From: an uncultured Candidatus Saccharibacteria bacterium
GTDB lineage: Bacteria > Patescibacteriota > WWE3 > UBA101185 > UBA10185
Assembly (NCBI GenBank): GCA_964387275.1
Contig: CAYLVW010000001.1
Location: 5,514 to 69,513, forward strand
Reading direction: 5' to 3'
Length of the DNA stretch: 64,000 bases
Part shown: positions 18,179-28,510 of the stretch, one piece after another
How the letters are laid out: each line of letters starts with the position of its first letter
How positions within the stretch are numbered: position 1 is the stretch's first letter
Made by a program: the position numbers and the translations under genes
The notes under the pieces: model-generated
What the model saw: the letters and a program-made list of their open reading frames with translations, nothing else
What the model was told of the DNA's origin: nothing
The model's database searches: none

Positions 18179-19996
18179 ATGTTTCTTGGACTGTCCTTTG
18201 TAACGGCAATTCTTGCCGCTTTGTTTGCAGCTATTTATCCTTTGTTTGGTATATCCAATCAGGCGCGTGATAGGTATAGTAGGGTTGCTAATAGAAGTTT
18301 TGTTCCTGCTATTATCGCAGCTATTTTGGCCTTTATTGCAACGATGGTTTATTTTGTGTTTGGTTTGCCTGTGTTTGATCACCTTGTTCATTACTTTACG
18401 CTTGGTCTAATTGCTGCAATTTCAGCTTTCCTACCAAGCTTTGTGTACTCTTGGGCAACTGACGAATCTGAAACCGGTGGGTATGCCATTACCACTGTCA
18501 TTATTTTGGCAGCTCTTATTGCAAATAGTGTAGCTACACCGTTTCTTTTTTTCCAGCCGGGTTTTTGTGATCAGGTTGGTACTCAGAAGATGGTTAGTCT
18601 TTTGAAGATCAAAGATGGTGAAGGTGATATTCACCCAACCGATCTTTCTTCTATCATTAGAGTGTCTCCTGAAAATGCGTTGCTTAAGGCTAGGCGGTCA
18701 CTTCCTTCGGGAGCGAACCTTGGTTCGTATCTGGAGTTTAATCGTGCTTACCTTCAAGAGGTAGCCGGTCACTACTATTATGTTGTTGATCTTAAGGTTA
18801 AGGATTGGCGTGCCTATGAGACTAATGGCGCAGTGATTCCTGGTTTTATTCTTGTGGATGCTATGAATAACGAGGCCGAAGCTGAATTTCGCGCCGGTTA
18901 TTCTATTAAGTACTCGCCCAATATGGATGAGTTGAAATTCCTTAATGACCAAGATCTCGATCGTTATGTGTACTTTAACTTTATTTTGAATAACCCCGGA
19001 TTTAGGGTTATGGATTTGGATGGGATGGAGCTCGACGACTCTCTTACTCCTTACTACACCGGTACTGTTCTAAAGACAGTTGTTGGGTGGCAGGGTAAGG
19101 ATGTTGCCGGTGTTATTACTGTGAATGCTCAGACTGGTGAAATCCAGTATTACGAGCTAGGTAATATTCCTGAATGGGTCGATCGTGTGTATCCTCTTGA
19201 ATGGGGTTACACGATGCTTAATAACTGGTGGGGGCCGTATGCTTACTACCAGGTTTGTCAATTCCAGGGTAAGTCTAACCAGAGAGAAGTTGATGCTGCT
19301 AATGATGTAATTACCAGCAATGGTCTTGAGTTTCAGTACACTATGACGTCACCTAACAGCGACCAGTCTATTACTGAGATTATCTACATGGACCCTCGAA
19401 CTGGTGATCTTACCAAGTACCCCGCTTCGGGTTCTACGGTTATTGGTGTGGACAATCTTATCGATGAGGCTTCAAGAAAGCTTACTGCCGAAGGTTACGA
19501 GCCTGTCGAATGTGAGCTTCAGTTTATCTTGGGTCGTAAGGTTTGGTATTGTATTTTGAATGGTCGCGGTGCTGGTGATAACACTAGCTCCGGTTCCCAT
19601 AACGGGTTTGCATTTGTTCAGGATACGAATACTGAAGAAGGCACCAAGGTTATTATTGAGGCGACTCTTGAAGAGGCTTACCGCCAACTTCAACGCCAAA
19701 TCGCTACAGAAGGTGGCGATGTAACTGATATTGCAAACAGCACTAACGTTATGCAATTTGTCGGTGTTATTACCCACAAGGGTTTGCCCGCGGGGGATAA
19801 TCAGCCATACGTTATTATTGTTCAACTTGATGGAACAACTACGCAAGTTGTGTTCGCTGTTCCTACTACGAGTTGGAATGCCTCTGTGGCACAAGTTGGA
19901 GACAGCGTTACTGTCACAGCTTATGTCGAAGACGGTTCTTCCTACTTTACCGCTACTCATTTTATGATTAATGGTCTTGTAGACTTGGACAAGTAA
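18179..19996 (+). CDS. Membrane protein with 4 N-terminal TM helices and a large extracytoplasmic domain, unknown function
   Basis: SD AAGGAG before the ATG. A 605-aa ORF followed by an intrinsic terminator. Confidence 0.6.
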   Translation: MFLGLSFVTAILAALFAAIYPLFGISNQARDRYSRVANRSFVPAIIAAILAFIATMVYFVFGLPVFDHLVHYFTLGLIAAISAFLPSFVYSWATDESETGGYAITTVIILAALIANSVATPFLFFQPGFCDQVGTQKMVSLLKIKDGEGDIHPTDLSSIIRVSPENALLKARRSLPSGANLGSYLEFNRAYLQEVAGHYYYVVDLKVKDWRAYETNGAVIPGFILVDAMNNEAEAEFRAGYSIKYSPNMDELKFLNDQDLDRYVYFNFILNNPGFRVMDLDGMELDDSLTPYYTGTVLKTVVGWQGKDVAGVITVNAQTGEIQYYELGNIPEWVDRVYPLEWGYTMLNNWWGPYAYYQVCQFQGKSNQREVDAANDVITSNGLEFQYTMTSPNSDQSITEIIYMDPRTGDLTKYPASGSTVIGVDNLIDEASRKLTAEGYEPVECELQFILGRKVWYCILNGRGAGDNTSSGSHNGFAFVQDTNTEEGTKVIIEATLEEAYRQLQRQIATEGGDVTDIANSTNVMQFVGVITHKGLPAGDNQPYVIIVQLDGTTTQVVFAVPTTSWNASVAQVGDSVTVTAYVEDGSSYFTATHFMINGLVDLDK

Positions 19997-20002
19997 CTTT
20001 TT

Positions 20003-20051
20003 GCCCCGAATTCTTTTGATGCTATGCATCAGGGAGTTCGGGGCTTTTTTT
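20003..20051 (+). terminator. Rho-independent terminator (GCCCCGAA...TTCGGGGC followed by T7)
   Basis: Stem of 8–10 bp followed by TTTTTTT immediately after stop 19996. Confidence 0.8.
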
Positions 20052-20304
20052 ATACCCAGCTACTTGTTACAAGTTTGATTTTTTGTTTATGGGTTAGTTG
20101 TTTTATTTCGTACTCTCTTTTTAGCGCATCTGATTTATTATTGTAGTTTTCCAAATATACCAAATCTATGCTGTCAAATTTTCTAAGATACTTTGCGCAC
20201 CTAGTTCCTTTAGATTTGTGCTCATTAATTCTTTTGGCAAGGTTATTTGTTTGCCCTGTGTAAAATGTATTCTTATTGGTTTTAATAATGTAAACGGTAA
20301 ACAC
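20050..20304 (-). CDS. GIY-YIG nuclease superfamily small protein (UPF0213-like)
   Basis: VYIIKTNKNTFYTGQTNNLAKRINEHKS matches the GIY-YIG motif. Confidence 0.75.
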   Translation of the reverse strand: MFTVYIIKTNKNTFYTGQTNNLAKRINEHKSKGTRCAKYLRKFDSIDLVYLENYNNKSDALKREYEIKQLTHKQKIKLVTSSWV

Positions 20305-20371
20305 TTTCTATTTATATCATACAAAATAGTATTGATTTTTAAATCCAACCAAATATCTGTAATATGTATAT

Positions 20372-20893
20372 ATGAGCAAAGATCCATATCAAAATGAAAA
20401 CCTAAAAATAGGTGTTACCGGTAATAATATATTAAGAAGTATTAAAGCACGCGAGGACAAGAAAAGAACCCAATCTGAAAAACTGGCTGACTTAATGACT
20501 CAAAAATTTGGTAGCATTACATTTCTCCTTTTAAATATGTTATGGTTTACAGTTTGGATTGTTTGGAACTTAGGTTTATTTCCGGGTCTTGTGCCTTTTG
20601 ACCCGTTTCCGTTTGGACTTCTTACAATGATAGTGTCACTTGAGGCTATTTTTTTAGCAATTGTGGTTTTAATATCTCAAAACAGAGCTTCCAGAATAGA
20701 TGAACTTAGAGAAGAGGTAGATCTTAAGGTAGATGTAATTACAGAACAAGAGCTTACCAAACTTCTTAGACTTACTGTTGCTCACATGGTAAAAGATGGG
20801 TTTAAACTATCTGATGACAAGGAGATAAAAAGAATGTCAAAGCCTATTGATCTTGAAAAGATAGAAACATCTTTAGAGAAAGATTTTCAGTAG
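20372..20893 (+). CDS. DUF1003-like membrane protein
   Basis: GSITFLLLNMLWFTVWIVWN block, two TM helices and a coiled-coil C-terminus. Confidence 0.5.
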   Translation: MSKDPYQNENLKIGVTGNNILRSIKAREDKKRTQSEKLADLMTQKFGSITFLLLNMLWFTVWIVWNLGLFPGLVPFDPFPFGLLTMIVSLEAIFLAIVVLISQNRASRIDELREEVDLKVDVITEQELTKLLRLTVAHMVKDGFKLSDDKEIKRMSKPIDLEKIETSLEKDFQ

Positions 20894-20914
20894 ATTTATG
20901 GGATTATTACAACC

Positions 20915-21673
20915 ATGCCCAATGATCATATAACGTCATTGTACCCAGATATAAATGAGTTAGAAAGTTCTAGATCTGAAACCAACACAATTGGAGAACA
21001 CATAATATCTAACGCTGAAGCTGTAATCTCCTTACTTAAATTACATTCTAAAGCTCGTGATAACAAGCATGAGGTTTGGCATGGTAGCGAGTATGTTGGT
21101 GCCAATCAGGTAAGATCAACTATCTATAGTTTAGAGGAACAGTCTGATTATGTTGGAATACTAGAGTTACCAGAATCCACCGGAATTAGATACACAGAAG
21201 CAGAGAAAGCTTATGTTTTGGGTATTATTGAGCGTCAAATTATGGATGGGGATATAAGCACTGTATCCACTCTATGGCATCAAGCCATGGTAGCACTTGC
21301 AAATTCTGCGTGGAATTACTCTGACGTATGGAGAGGTGCTGAAGGACCTATAGATCAGTCAGGGAAGTTACACAAGTTGTATTCCTCAATCAGAACCCCT
21401 GTCCATGTTAGAGAAGAGGCAGAGAAGGAGAGAGATTTTGACATTAAGTCGGGGAAAGTTTATATGGATTTCGCTGAAGCTTTTTCATCTGAGTCTATTG
21501 AGATGCCTGGAATATCTGAAATAGATACAATTGCGAGTAATACTGTAAATATCGTTGCTAATATAATATTTATCTTTGTCATACCAAAAATTATACTATT
21601 AAAAGGTTTCACAAGTAATTTTTATGAGGCAACCGCTTTTTATACAGCCTCTATTTTGCCAAGGTGGTTTTGA
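20915..21673 (+). CDS. Hypothetical protein (252 aa) with a C-terminal TM segment
   Basis: Intact ORF, no motifs recognised. Confidence 0.4.
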   Translation: MPNDHITSLYPDINELESSRSETNTIGEHIISNAEAVISLLKLHSKARDNKHEVWHGSEYVGANQVRSTIYSLEEQSDYVGILELPESTGIRYTEAEKAYVLGIIERQIMDGDISTVSTLWHQAMVALANSAWNYSDVWRGAEGPIDQSGKLHKLYSSIRTPVHVREEAEKERDFDIKSGKVYMDFAEAFSSESIEMPGISEIDTIASNTVNIVANIIFIFVIPKIILLKGFTSNFYEATAFYTASILPRWF

Positions 21674-21695
21674 CAGTAAATGTAGAATTGTATAC

Positions 21696-22205
21696 ATGGA
21701 TTTGTTGATTATTCACGGTTACAAATTAACTACTACTGGTAAAGTGGATCCTGTACTTAAAAAACGTTTAGATTTTGGTATACAGCTAATTATAGATAAT
21801 CCATCAATAGGTAGAGTTTTATTGACTGGGGGAGAATCTACTTCAGGTTTTGCAGAATCTGATCTCATGTATGAATATATGATTCATAATGGAGTTAATA
21901 TCCCCATACAAAAAGAGTCAAAATCACTAAATACCGTACAGAATGTCTTATACAGCAGGAAACTAGTCCTAATATATGAGTACAACAAAATATATATAGT
22001 TATTGGGAAGCGCATGGAAAAAAGAGCCAAGTTAATCTATAAAAAAGTGCTGCCGGAATTAATTGAAAAGATATTTTGGCTCACCATAGATGATGGGTAT
22101 ATGGGGCATTTTGAATTACTATGGTTTCTATCCTCAGTAGGATATCTGAGCTTACTTAAGTTTGTAGCCAAATTCTTAAAACCTCTGGCATTAATCGGAA
22201 GATAA
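21696..22205 (+). CDS. DUF218 (YdcF/SanA/ElyC-like) domain protein
   Basis: LLIIHGY...VLLTGGES...SESDLMYEYMIHNGV pattern. The start was moved to the internal ATG at 21696 to avoid a 50-nt overlap. Confidence 0.55.
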   Translation: MDLLIIHGYKLTTTGKVDPVLKKRLDFGIQLIIDNPSIGRVLLTGGESTSGFAESDLMYEYMIHNGVNIPIQKESKSLNTVQNVLYSRKLVLIYEYNKIYIVIGKRMEKRAKLIYKKVLPELIEKIFWLTIDDGYMGHFELLWFLSSVGYLSLLKFVAKFLKPLALIGR

Positions 22206-22310
22206 AGAATTATTGCACAAGAGTGTGAGTATAAAGGGATATTATTATTTTTTAGATAAGGCTACGGCTTTGGCTTGTTGCACCCTCCATAAATCACTTA
22301 TAATTTATCT

Positions 22311-22964
22311 ATGCCAGGAGGTATAAACGGATTACCAAAAAAAGGTCACGAAGTATCAGAAGCTTTGCGAGGTTTGTCCGAAGCTGTAACCACAACTATG
22401 TGGGAGGGATTTGCACAACGATCCACTCGATATAGATTGCTAAAAGCAGGTTTGCAAGTTAAAACCTCCGATGCTCCTAATAACACCTTGCTTCGTGACG
22501 GTTATGTTCAGATGGCTAAGGTAGCTGAAAGTAAGGTACTCGAAGATTATGATTTTCCATCTTCCGCAAAAGAATTGTTAAATCCGGATGGCTCCAGAAA
22601 TTTAGATAATATACACGAACTGCGTATGGCACTATCTGTAGTCTCGTTTGCAAGTAAGGCTGATGGAACTCCGGATGTTAGAGATTTAAGACAGCCAAAC
22701 ATTGGTTTATCTACAAGTTCCAGCGGAAGGGTAGTTTTTACTCAAGCAGATGGTGGATACAAAGAAACATCCTATGATAGAGATAAGTTAACTTGTGCAC
22801 TGCTGGCACATCTACCTGACGGTGATGAGGGTAAATACTCTATAGTTTTATACCCTCATACAAATGCCTCCGGAAAGCTTGAATCTGTCACACCCCTTGT
22901 TATGTCTAAAGCAAGACATGAGTATTTGTATGAAGCTCTAACTGGTAAGAAATACTCCAAATAA
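22311..22964 (+). CDS. Hypothetical protein (217 aa), GC-richer
   Basis: Intact ORF, no motifs recognised. Confidence 0.4.
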   Translation: MPGGINGLPKKGHEVSEALRGLSEAVTTTMWEGFAQRSTRYRLLKAGLQVKTSDAPNNTLLRDGYVQMAKVAESKVLEDYDFPSSAKELLNPDGSRNLDNIHELRMALSVVSFASKADGTPDVRDLRQPNIGLSTSSSGRVVFTQADGGYKETSYDRDKLTCALLAHLPDGDEGKYSIVLYPHTNASGKLESVTPLVMSKARHEYLYEALTGKKYSK

Positions 22965-23059
22965 GTTATGCCAACTACATGAGCAGTTGTACCTTTGAAC
23001 CCAGCTCAATAATTATTGGTACTCGCTTATAGTAAAATCTAACAAAAGTTATTGTATTT

Positions 23060-23824
23060 GTGATACACTCATCTACTATGCATGCAGTAACGAGGATGAC
23101 AAAAACCGCCTTAGGCCTCATATCCAGATGTAATAATTGGCCAGAGTATTATCTAGATTACTTGGGCTATCACAAACACAATTGGGTAATAGATCTTAAA
23201 GATATTAAACTGGAGCTAAGGCCAAGTAGTGTTGATAAATGGATTGTGGCTGAAAACCTGGTACTAGACGCGTATGAATTTAATCATCTTAAAAAACTAG
23301 GTATAGAGCAGATTTTTGATATTGGCGCTAACATTGGGGCATTTTCTATACCCGCAGCAAAACATTTATCAGTAAACGAAATTATCTCGTTTGAGCCTGA
23401 TCCGGACAATTTTAAACTCCTAACGAGTAACATTATGCGTAACAACCTATCTGCGATTGTAGAGTTGCACAATTCAGCAGTTTCCCTTAGTGATGCCTCC
23501 TCAATAAGACTATACAAAGGAAATGATTTTGGTTCTAACTCAACATTTCATACATCGGGTAGTTTTTTAGATGTAGCAAACGCAAATCTTTACTCTTTGC
23601 TTCCAAGAATTAAACAAAATGCTTTACTCAAAATGGACATCGAGGGTGGGGAACTAGAGATTTTTACTACCAGTAACCTGGAGTTTTTAAGAAAGTTTAA
23701 GTTTATTGTATTAGAGTTTCATCATTTTCTTGAAACACATGATAAGGATAAGTTTGAAAAGTTTCTTACTGATTCTGGGTTTAAGTATAAAAGTGACGAT
23801 ATAATTTATCTAATTAGTAAGTAG
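23060..23824 (+). CDS. FkbM-family SAM-dependent methyltransferase
   Basis: FDIGANIGAFS motif and overall FkbM-like organisation. Confidence 0.65.
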   Translation: MIHSSTMHAVTRMTKTALGLISRCNNWPEYYLDYLGYHKHNWVIDLKDIKLELRPSSVDKWIVAENLVLDAYEFNHLKKLGIEQIFDIGANIGAFSIPAAKHLSVNEIISFEPDPDNFKLLTSNIMRNNLSAIVELHNSAVSLSDASSIRLYKGNDFGSNSTFHTSGSFLDVANANLYSLLPRIKQNALLKMDIEGGELEIFTTSNLEFLRKFKFIVLEFHHFLETHDKDKFEKFLTDSGFKYKSDDIIYLISK

Positions 23825-24064
23825 AAATAATATTTACATTTATTTCTGAGTTGGAAGATTTTAGCCTTTAGGCCGAAAATGAAAGTGTGAGCTTTCACCC
23901 GCAATGAAAGAAGAGACAGTGGCCTTTGGGCCGCGGAGTTTTCATTTCTATATTGTAAGTTTGCAATTTCTTTACAACTTATAGAAAATTTAGCTTTGTT
24001 CCGATTATCAATATGTTCGCCTATGATTTAGACTGGGAAATTGACATTATTTCGGCACACAATT

Positions 24065-25756
24065 TTAGCCAAAAGTAAATGCAAAAATTTCGGTTTCTCC
24101 ATCAACAAATTCCAAAATCAAGATATGTCTACCAGGAATTTCCAAATCCACTAAATTGTACAACGTGTCCGCACTCACTGTAACAAGCCCATTTGAATCA
24201 ACATTCGAACCATAGTAATTTTCTACATCGTCTATAGTAACTTTAACTTTTGTGGGTTTTCCAGAAGGACTCATCACTAGAAACACTCTTTTTGCATCAA
24301 AATTTAGATATAATTTTGATCCTACCGATGCTTTAACGGATTCCTTACCAACCTCCCAATTTCCTTCAAACGCATATTTATTGTTTGCAATAACTATTGG
24401 TGCACTAAACGTTGTTGTTTTGTTTAATGTTGGTTTTTCTGGAGAGGTTAAGCTTGTTGCTCTATCCAGACCCAGATAGGTCTCATGTGTTTTCGCATAG
24501 TTACGATTCTCATTGGGTACTATACTAACTTCAGATTCAATTTTTTCACCTGTTTCTCCAAGTAGTTTAACAATCATCTCTTCAGTTTCCTTGTAGTTGC
24601 CTTCACCAAAGTGTGTATATCTAATATAACCATCCTTATCTATTAAGTATTTAGCTGGCCAGTACCTATTTGCGTAGTTTTTCCAAGTGGCAAATTCATT
24701 GTCTTGCATAATCGGGTACTCTATACCAAAATCTGAAATAGCTTTTTGGACATTATCTGATTTCTTTTCAAACTCAAACTCAGGTGAGTGCACCCCGATT
24801 ATTACAAGTCCTTTGTCTGAGTATTTTTTATGCCAGTCTTTTAAGTAGGGTAGTGTACGCTGGCAGTTGATGCATGAATATGTCCAGAAATCTATAATAA
24901 CCACTTTGCCTTTCAGACTTGATACGGTTTGAGGATTCGAATTAAACCACTCACCACCTTGAATAAGTTCTGGAGCAGTTTTTTTAGGCGCTAAGTCAGA
25001 AGATAGCTTATCAAAGTTGCTAACCATATTATCTTTTGTATAAATTTCTTCAATTTTTGTAAGCCCTGTTCCATAATTAGGGAAAGTTCTAAGTACCCAA
25101 TACTGAAAAAATCTATCCCAATTTAGAAACATTGCAATTGCAGTTAATACCATAACTACACCAAAAGCTTTTTGAATGTTAGCTGCATTTTTTGTAACCC
25201 CTGGAAGTTTCCTGATTGCATTTTGTCCTGCGAGCATCACAAAAAACATTGGGATTGCTGTACCTACTGAATATGACAGTGTTATTAATATTGCTTGTGC
25301 AGTAACTGTACCTGTAATTGCAAGTGTTATAACAGAAGCTAGAATTGGACCGACACACGGAGTCCACAAAAGTCCAAGTGATAACCCAACAACAACTCCA
25401 GAACTGAATCCGGAGTTTATATTTCCTCTTGGTACAAAATTACCCAGTTTACTAAATAGTTTTTCAAGTTGTATTTGTACTTGCGGAATTAAGTACGATA
25501 TTCCAAATAAGCCTATCAGCACAATTGATACTTTTCTAAGTAAATCAGCCTCAATGTTAAGAGATCTTACTATTGAGCTTAGAAATAAAGTAAAGAACGT
25601 GAAACTGAGTATGAAACCAACAATAATTCCAAATGGTCTCGCCCTACTTTTAGCATCCCCAACACCGGAAGATAAGATGATTGGCAAGACAGGCAAGATA
25701 CATGGTGAAAGTATTGTAACCACCCCTGCTATAAATGCGAATAATATTACAAGCAT
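24065..25756 (-). CDS. Thiol:disulfide interchange protein, CcdA/DsbD-like TM domain fused to a TlpA/ResA-like thioredoxin domain plus a C-terminal extra domain
   Basis: N-terminal LSPCILPVLP (DsbD_2 Cys) and a second TM Cys (WTPCVGP). The thioredoxin motif is WTYSCINCQ. Confidence 0.8.
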   Translation of the reverse strand: MLVILFAFIAGVVTILSPCILPVLPIILSSGVGDAKSRARPFGIIVGFILSFTFFTLFLSSIVRSLNIEADLLRKVSIVLIGLFGISYLIPQVQIQLEKLFSKLGNFVPRGNINSGFSSGVVVGLSLGLLWTPCVGPILASVITLAITGTVTAQAILITLSYSVGTAIPMFFVMLAGQNAIRKLPGVTKNAANIQKAFGVVMVLTAIAMFLNWDRFFQYWVLRTFPNYGTGLTKIEEIYTKDNMVSNFDKLSSDLAPKKTAPELIQGGEWFNSNPQTVSSLKGKVVIIDFWTYSCINCQRTLPYLKDWHKKYSDKGLVIIGVHSPEFEFEKKSDNVQKAISDFGIEYPIMQDNEFATWKNYANRYWPAKYLIDKDGYIRYTHFGEGNYKETEEMIVKLLGETGEKIESEVSIVPNENRNYAKTHETYLGLDRATSLTSPEKPTLNKTTTFSAPIVIANNKYAFEGNWEVGKESVKASVGSKLYLNFDAKRVFLVMSPSGKPTKVKVTIDDVENYYGSNVDSNGLVTVSADTLYNLVDLEIPGRHILILEFVDGETEIFAFTFG

Positions 25757-25769
25757 TGTATATATTCCT

Positions 25770-26336
25770 TTACTTAATCTTAGCTAAGAGTTCTGAAATT
25801 TTTCCGCCATTCCATTTAGTTACTTCAGTTCCCTCAGAATTTATTTGAACAAAAGTATGTTGGTATGTAACTCCATATTTTACTGCCAATTCTTTTTCAT
25901 TTTGATCAGTGTCAGTATCATTGTAGTTAACCCTAATGACTACTACATCTGAAGGAAGTAGGGAGGAGTTACCACTAAAATCTTTATCTGTGGGAGCGCA
26001 TGTAGGGCACCAATTTGCATAGAAGAATAATACCCTTCTTTTATCTGAAAATTTACTAAAGTTTTCAGGAGTGTAGTTTAAATAGTTCCCGGAATCCACA
26101 TTGTCCTTCATCGCGGTGTCTTTATCTGTCATTTCTTTCTCAGAAATTTCCATCACTTCCTCAGTCATTTTGGTATTTGTATCTTTTTTATCAGATTCCA
26201 TCATCAGTTCTGATTTAGATAAATCTGAATCTTTCGGCATTATTTTTTCCTCTGATTGTTTGAGTGAAAGATAATATACAAATCCAAGAACTGCTATACC
26301 TACAGATAATATAGATACTAAAAGTTTTTTGTTCAT
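25770..26336 (-). CDS. Membrane-anchored thioredoxin-like protein
   Basis: N-terminal TM helix and a WCPTC active-site motif. Confidence 0.75.
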   Translation of the reverse strand: MNKKLLVSILSVGIAVLGFVYYLSLKQSEEKIMPKDSDLSKSELMMESDKKDTNTKMTEEVMEISEKEMTDKDTAMKDNVDSGNYLNYTPENFSKFSDKRRVLFFYANWCPTCAPTDKDFSGNSSLLPSDVVVIRVNYNDTDTDQNEKELAVKYGVTYQHTFVQINSEGTEVTKWNGGKISELLAKIK

Positions 26337-26585
26337 GTAATTAAGGTAGAGAATTTTAAAGCCAATGTCAAGTAGACTTTACATTTTCTTAACATTAAGA
26401 GTTTATGTTTCAGCCTACGAGTAGTGTAACTAAAGCAATAGTTAACCGTGTTCTGTAGAGAAATTGGAACACATCTTACTTCAGGTTGCGGAAGCTTCTA
26501 TTTTTGAGCGGGAGACCATGGATGAGAACGTAGATCTACCTACAAGAAAAGAAAAGATCCAGTACTTTAGTACTGGGTCCCTTCG

Positions 26586-26939
26586 TTAATGTTTGAATCT
26601 TGAATAAAATCGCACTAACAATTTTGTAACAAGCATTACTATAAGAGCTAAAATAATCCAGATATCAATATTATGGCTTAGGGTCTGTACCACAAGCGCA
26701 ACAATAAGAGTTCCTATTCCTGCCAAATATGATAGTCTTGAAGCTTTTAGAACATGAAGTTCTTCTCTCTCATCTTTTGCCTGTTCTTTTAGAATGAAAG
26801 CTGAAAAAGTAAAATATGCTACTAAAATTAGAACTATAAGTATGGACATAATTGACATTGGCATAGTTAGTTCCTCTGATATTGTAAACAAGTATCCGAT
26901 TAAAACTATAAATCCTGCACTTATAATTTCTATGTACAT
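26586..26939 (-). CDS. DUF2178-like small membrane protein, partner of the XRE regulator (alternative longer start at 27008)
   Basis: Four TM helices. It lies immediately downstream of the HTH gene, a typical YozG-like pair. Confidence 0.5.
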   Translation of the reverse strand: MYIEIISAGFIVLIGYLFTISEELTMPMSIMSILIVLILVAYFTFSAFILKEQAKDEREELHVLKASRLSYLAGIGTLIVALVVQTLSHNIDIWIILALIVMLVTKLLVRFYSRFKH

Positions 26940-26952
26940 ATTTTTCCTTAAG

Positions 26953-27162
26953 TTATTCCTTAATAATACTAAACAATTTTTCAACTTTTGTATCAAAATA
27001 CCTTGCAAGTTTTATTGCAAGGGCCACAGATGGGGTATAATTGCCTTTTTCTATCGCAATAATTGTCTGTCTGGTTACCCCAACTGCTTCCGCAAGTTGT
27101 TCCTGCGTAACATCTTTACCTATACGGTATTTTAGAATTGTGTTTTCTACTTTTTCTTTCAT
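26953..27162 (-). CDS. XRE-family helix-turn-helix transcriptional regulator
   Basis: QEQLAEAVGVTRQTIIAIEKGNYTPSVALAIKLARYF matches the Cro/C1 HTH. Confidence 0.85.
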   Translation of the reverse strand: MKEKVENTILKYRIGKDVTQEQLAEAVGVTRQTIIAIEKGNYTPSVALAIKLARYFDTKVEKLFSIIKE

Positions 27163-27254
27163 TTCAGTAGTATTTTAACAAGTTGAGGCAAGTTTAGAGA
27201 TTTGGTAGCGTGGGTTGCTGGTTAATTATTAGAACTAGTGAAAATAACTTTTTG

Positions 27255-27866
27255 TTAAAGTAACTCTAGAAGCATATTTTTAAGTTCCTGCTCTGTTCTT
27301 TTCTTTGATATTTCTCTTTCTTCCTTGGACTGTTCACTGTGTGGTTTTTTAAATAACGAAGAACCCTGTAAACTGCTCATTGGCCATCCGGGTATTCTTA
27401 TTTTTGAAGTAGGGGAGAAAAACATTATAGGATAGTCTAAACCAGATGTCTTAATACTTCCTTCAGGTGTTGCTATGCAGTATGCAATACGCCATTTTCC
27501 AGTGCGCTTATTTTTAGGTACAGCGGCAATAACTTTTTCCCAATGTAATATCAATTGGTCATCATCTACCTCATCTCGCCCATTTATTCTCCTGACATGA
27601 GTTCCTGGTTGTTCAGTTTCTGGTAAAAAGTCTACATATAATGCTTCATCTTCTGAAAACACAGGACATCCAGTTTTTAGTGCGTAGAAAGTTGCTTTAA
27701 TTTTTGCATTCTCTTCTGCGGTTGTTCCTGATTCCTCAGGTTTGTCCATAATTTCGAATGAGTCTAGCCCAAATACCTCATCTGAAATTTCACCGAGTAT
27801 AGTTTTATAATGTGCAATTTTAGCTGGGTTTTTAGTTGCAATGACTAATTTTTTAAGTTTAAGCAT
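27255..27866 (-). CDS. Non-canonical purine NTP pyrophosphatase (Ham1/RdgB/ITPase family)
   Basis: LVIATKNPAKI...E N-terminal motif and overall length. Confidence 0.6.
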   Translation of the reverse strand: MLKLKKLVIATKNPAKIAHYKTILGEISDEVFGLDSFEIMDKPEESGTTAEENAKIKATFYALKTGCPVFSEDEALYVDFLPETEQPGTHVRRINGRDEVDDDQLILHWEKVIAAVPKNKRTGKWRIAYCIATPEGSIKTSGLDYPIMFFSPTSKIRIPGWPMSSLQGSSLFKKPHSEQSKEEREISKKRTEQELKNMLLELL

Positions 27867-27915
27867 CTATTTTAAAAAAGTGAGGTTGTTGTAGTTCTAC
27901 AACCTCACTAAAATT

Positions 27916-28446
27916 TTATTCAAAGATGTATTCTATAACCTTGCCGTCGTTGTCCAATAAGAATATAGCATCAACATTTTCCCCAGCTAACACTTTAGGA
28001 ATCCAATATGTATTATCTTCCCACATTTTGGATGTTGGAAGTTGTGTAATACTAAACCACAGTGGTTTTACAAAATCCGTTTCTTGCGGGTCACCTTTCC
28101 AGCCTTCCACAATATACACTTGAACATCTTGCTGCCACTTTGGTTTATCCTGATAAATAAATCTCACTCTACCGACTTTCTTAAATTGGGTTATTGTAAC
28201 TCCAATTTCTTCTTTCACCTCTCTAATTAGTGCTTCTTCGGGTGTTTCATCCTGAAACTCTAATTGATCACCTATCTTGCCTCCAATACCAGCAATTAGA
28301 TTCTCACCTAAACCTAGTGAAACTTTTTTTCTCAAGCCAAGTAGTACCTCATCATCTTTCTTAAAGTAACAAACTACTGCGGGGACAAATACCACACCTT
28401 GTTTTAGTTTGTTTTGTATCTCACTCATTTTTTGTCTCCAAAACAT
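27916..28446 (-). CDS. NUDIX hydrolase
   Basis: Nudix box GGKIGDQLEFQDETPEEALIREVKEEIGV. Confidence 0.85.
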   Translation of the reverse strand: MFWRQKMSEIQNKLKQGVVFVPAVVCYFKKDDEVLLGLRKKVSLGLGENLIAGIGGKIGDQLEFQDETPEEALIREVKEEIGVTITQFKKVGRVRFIYQDKPKWQQDVQVYIVEGWKGDPQETDFVKPLWFSITQLPTSKMWEDNTYWIPKVLAGENVDAIFLLDNDGKVIEYIFE

Positions 28447-28510
28447 TTGTTAGGTGTAATTTAACACAAACCAAAAGAATGTATATGCACATATTGCACA
28501 TAATTTATGC

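Noticed and set aside
25176-25787. 203-aa plus-strand ORF antisense to the DsbD-like gene
   Set aside because: It lies entirely within the well-supported minus-strand thiol:disulfide protein gene. It is likely an antisense artefact of the hydrophobic codon bias.
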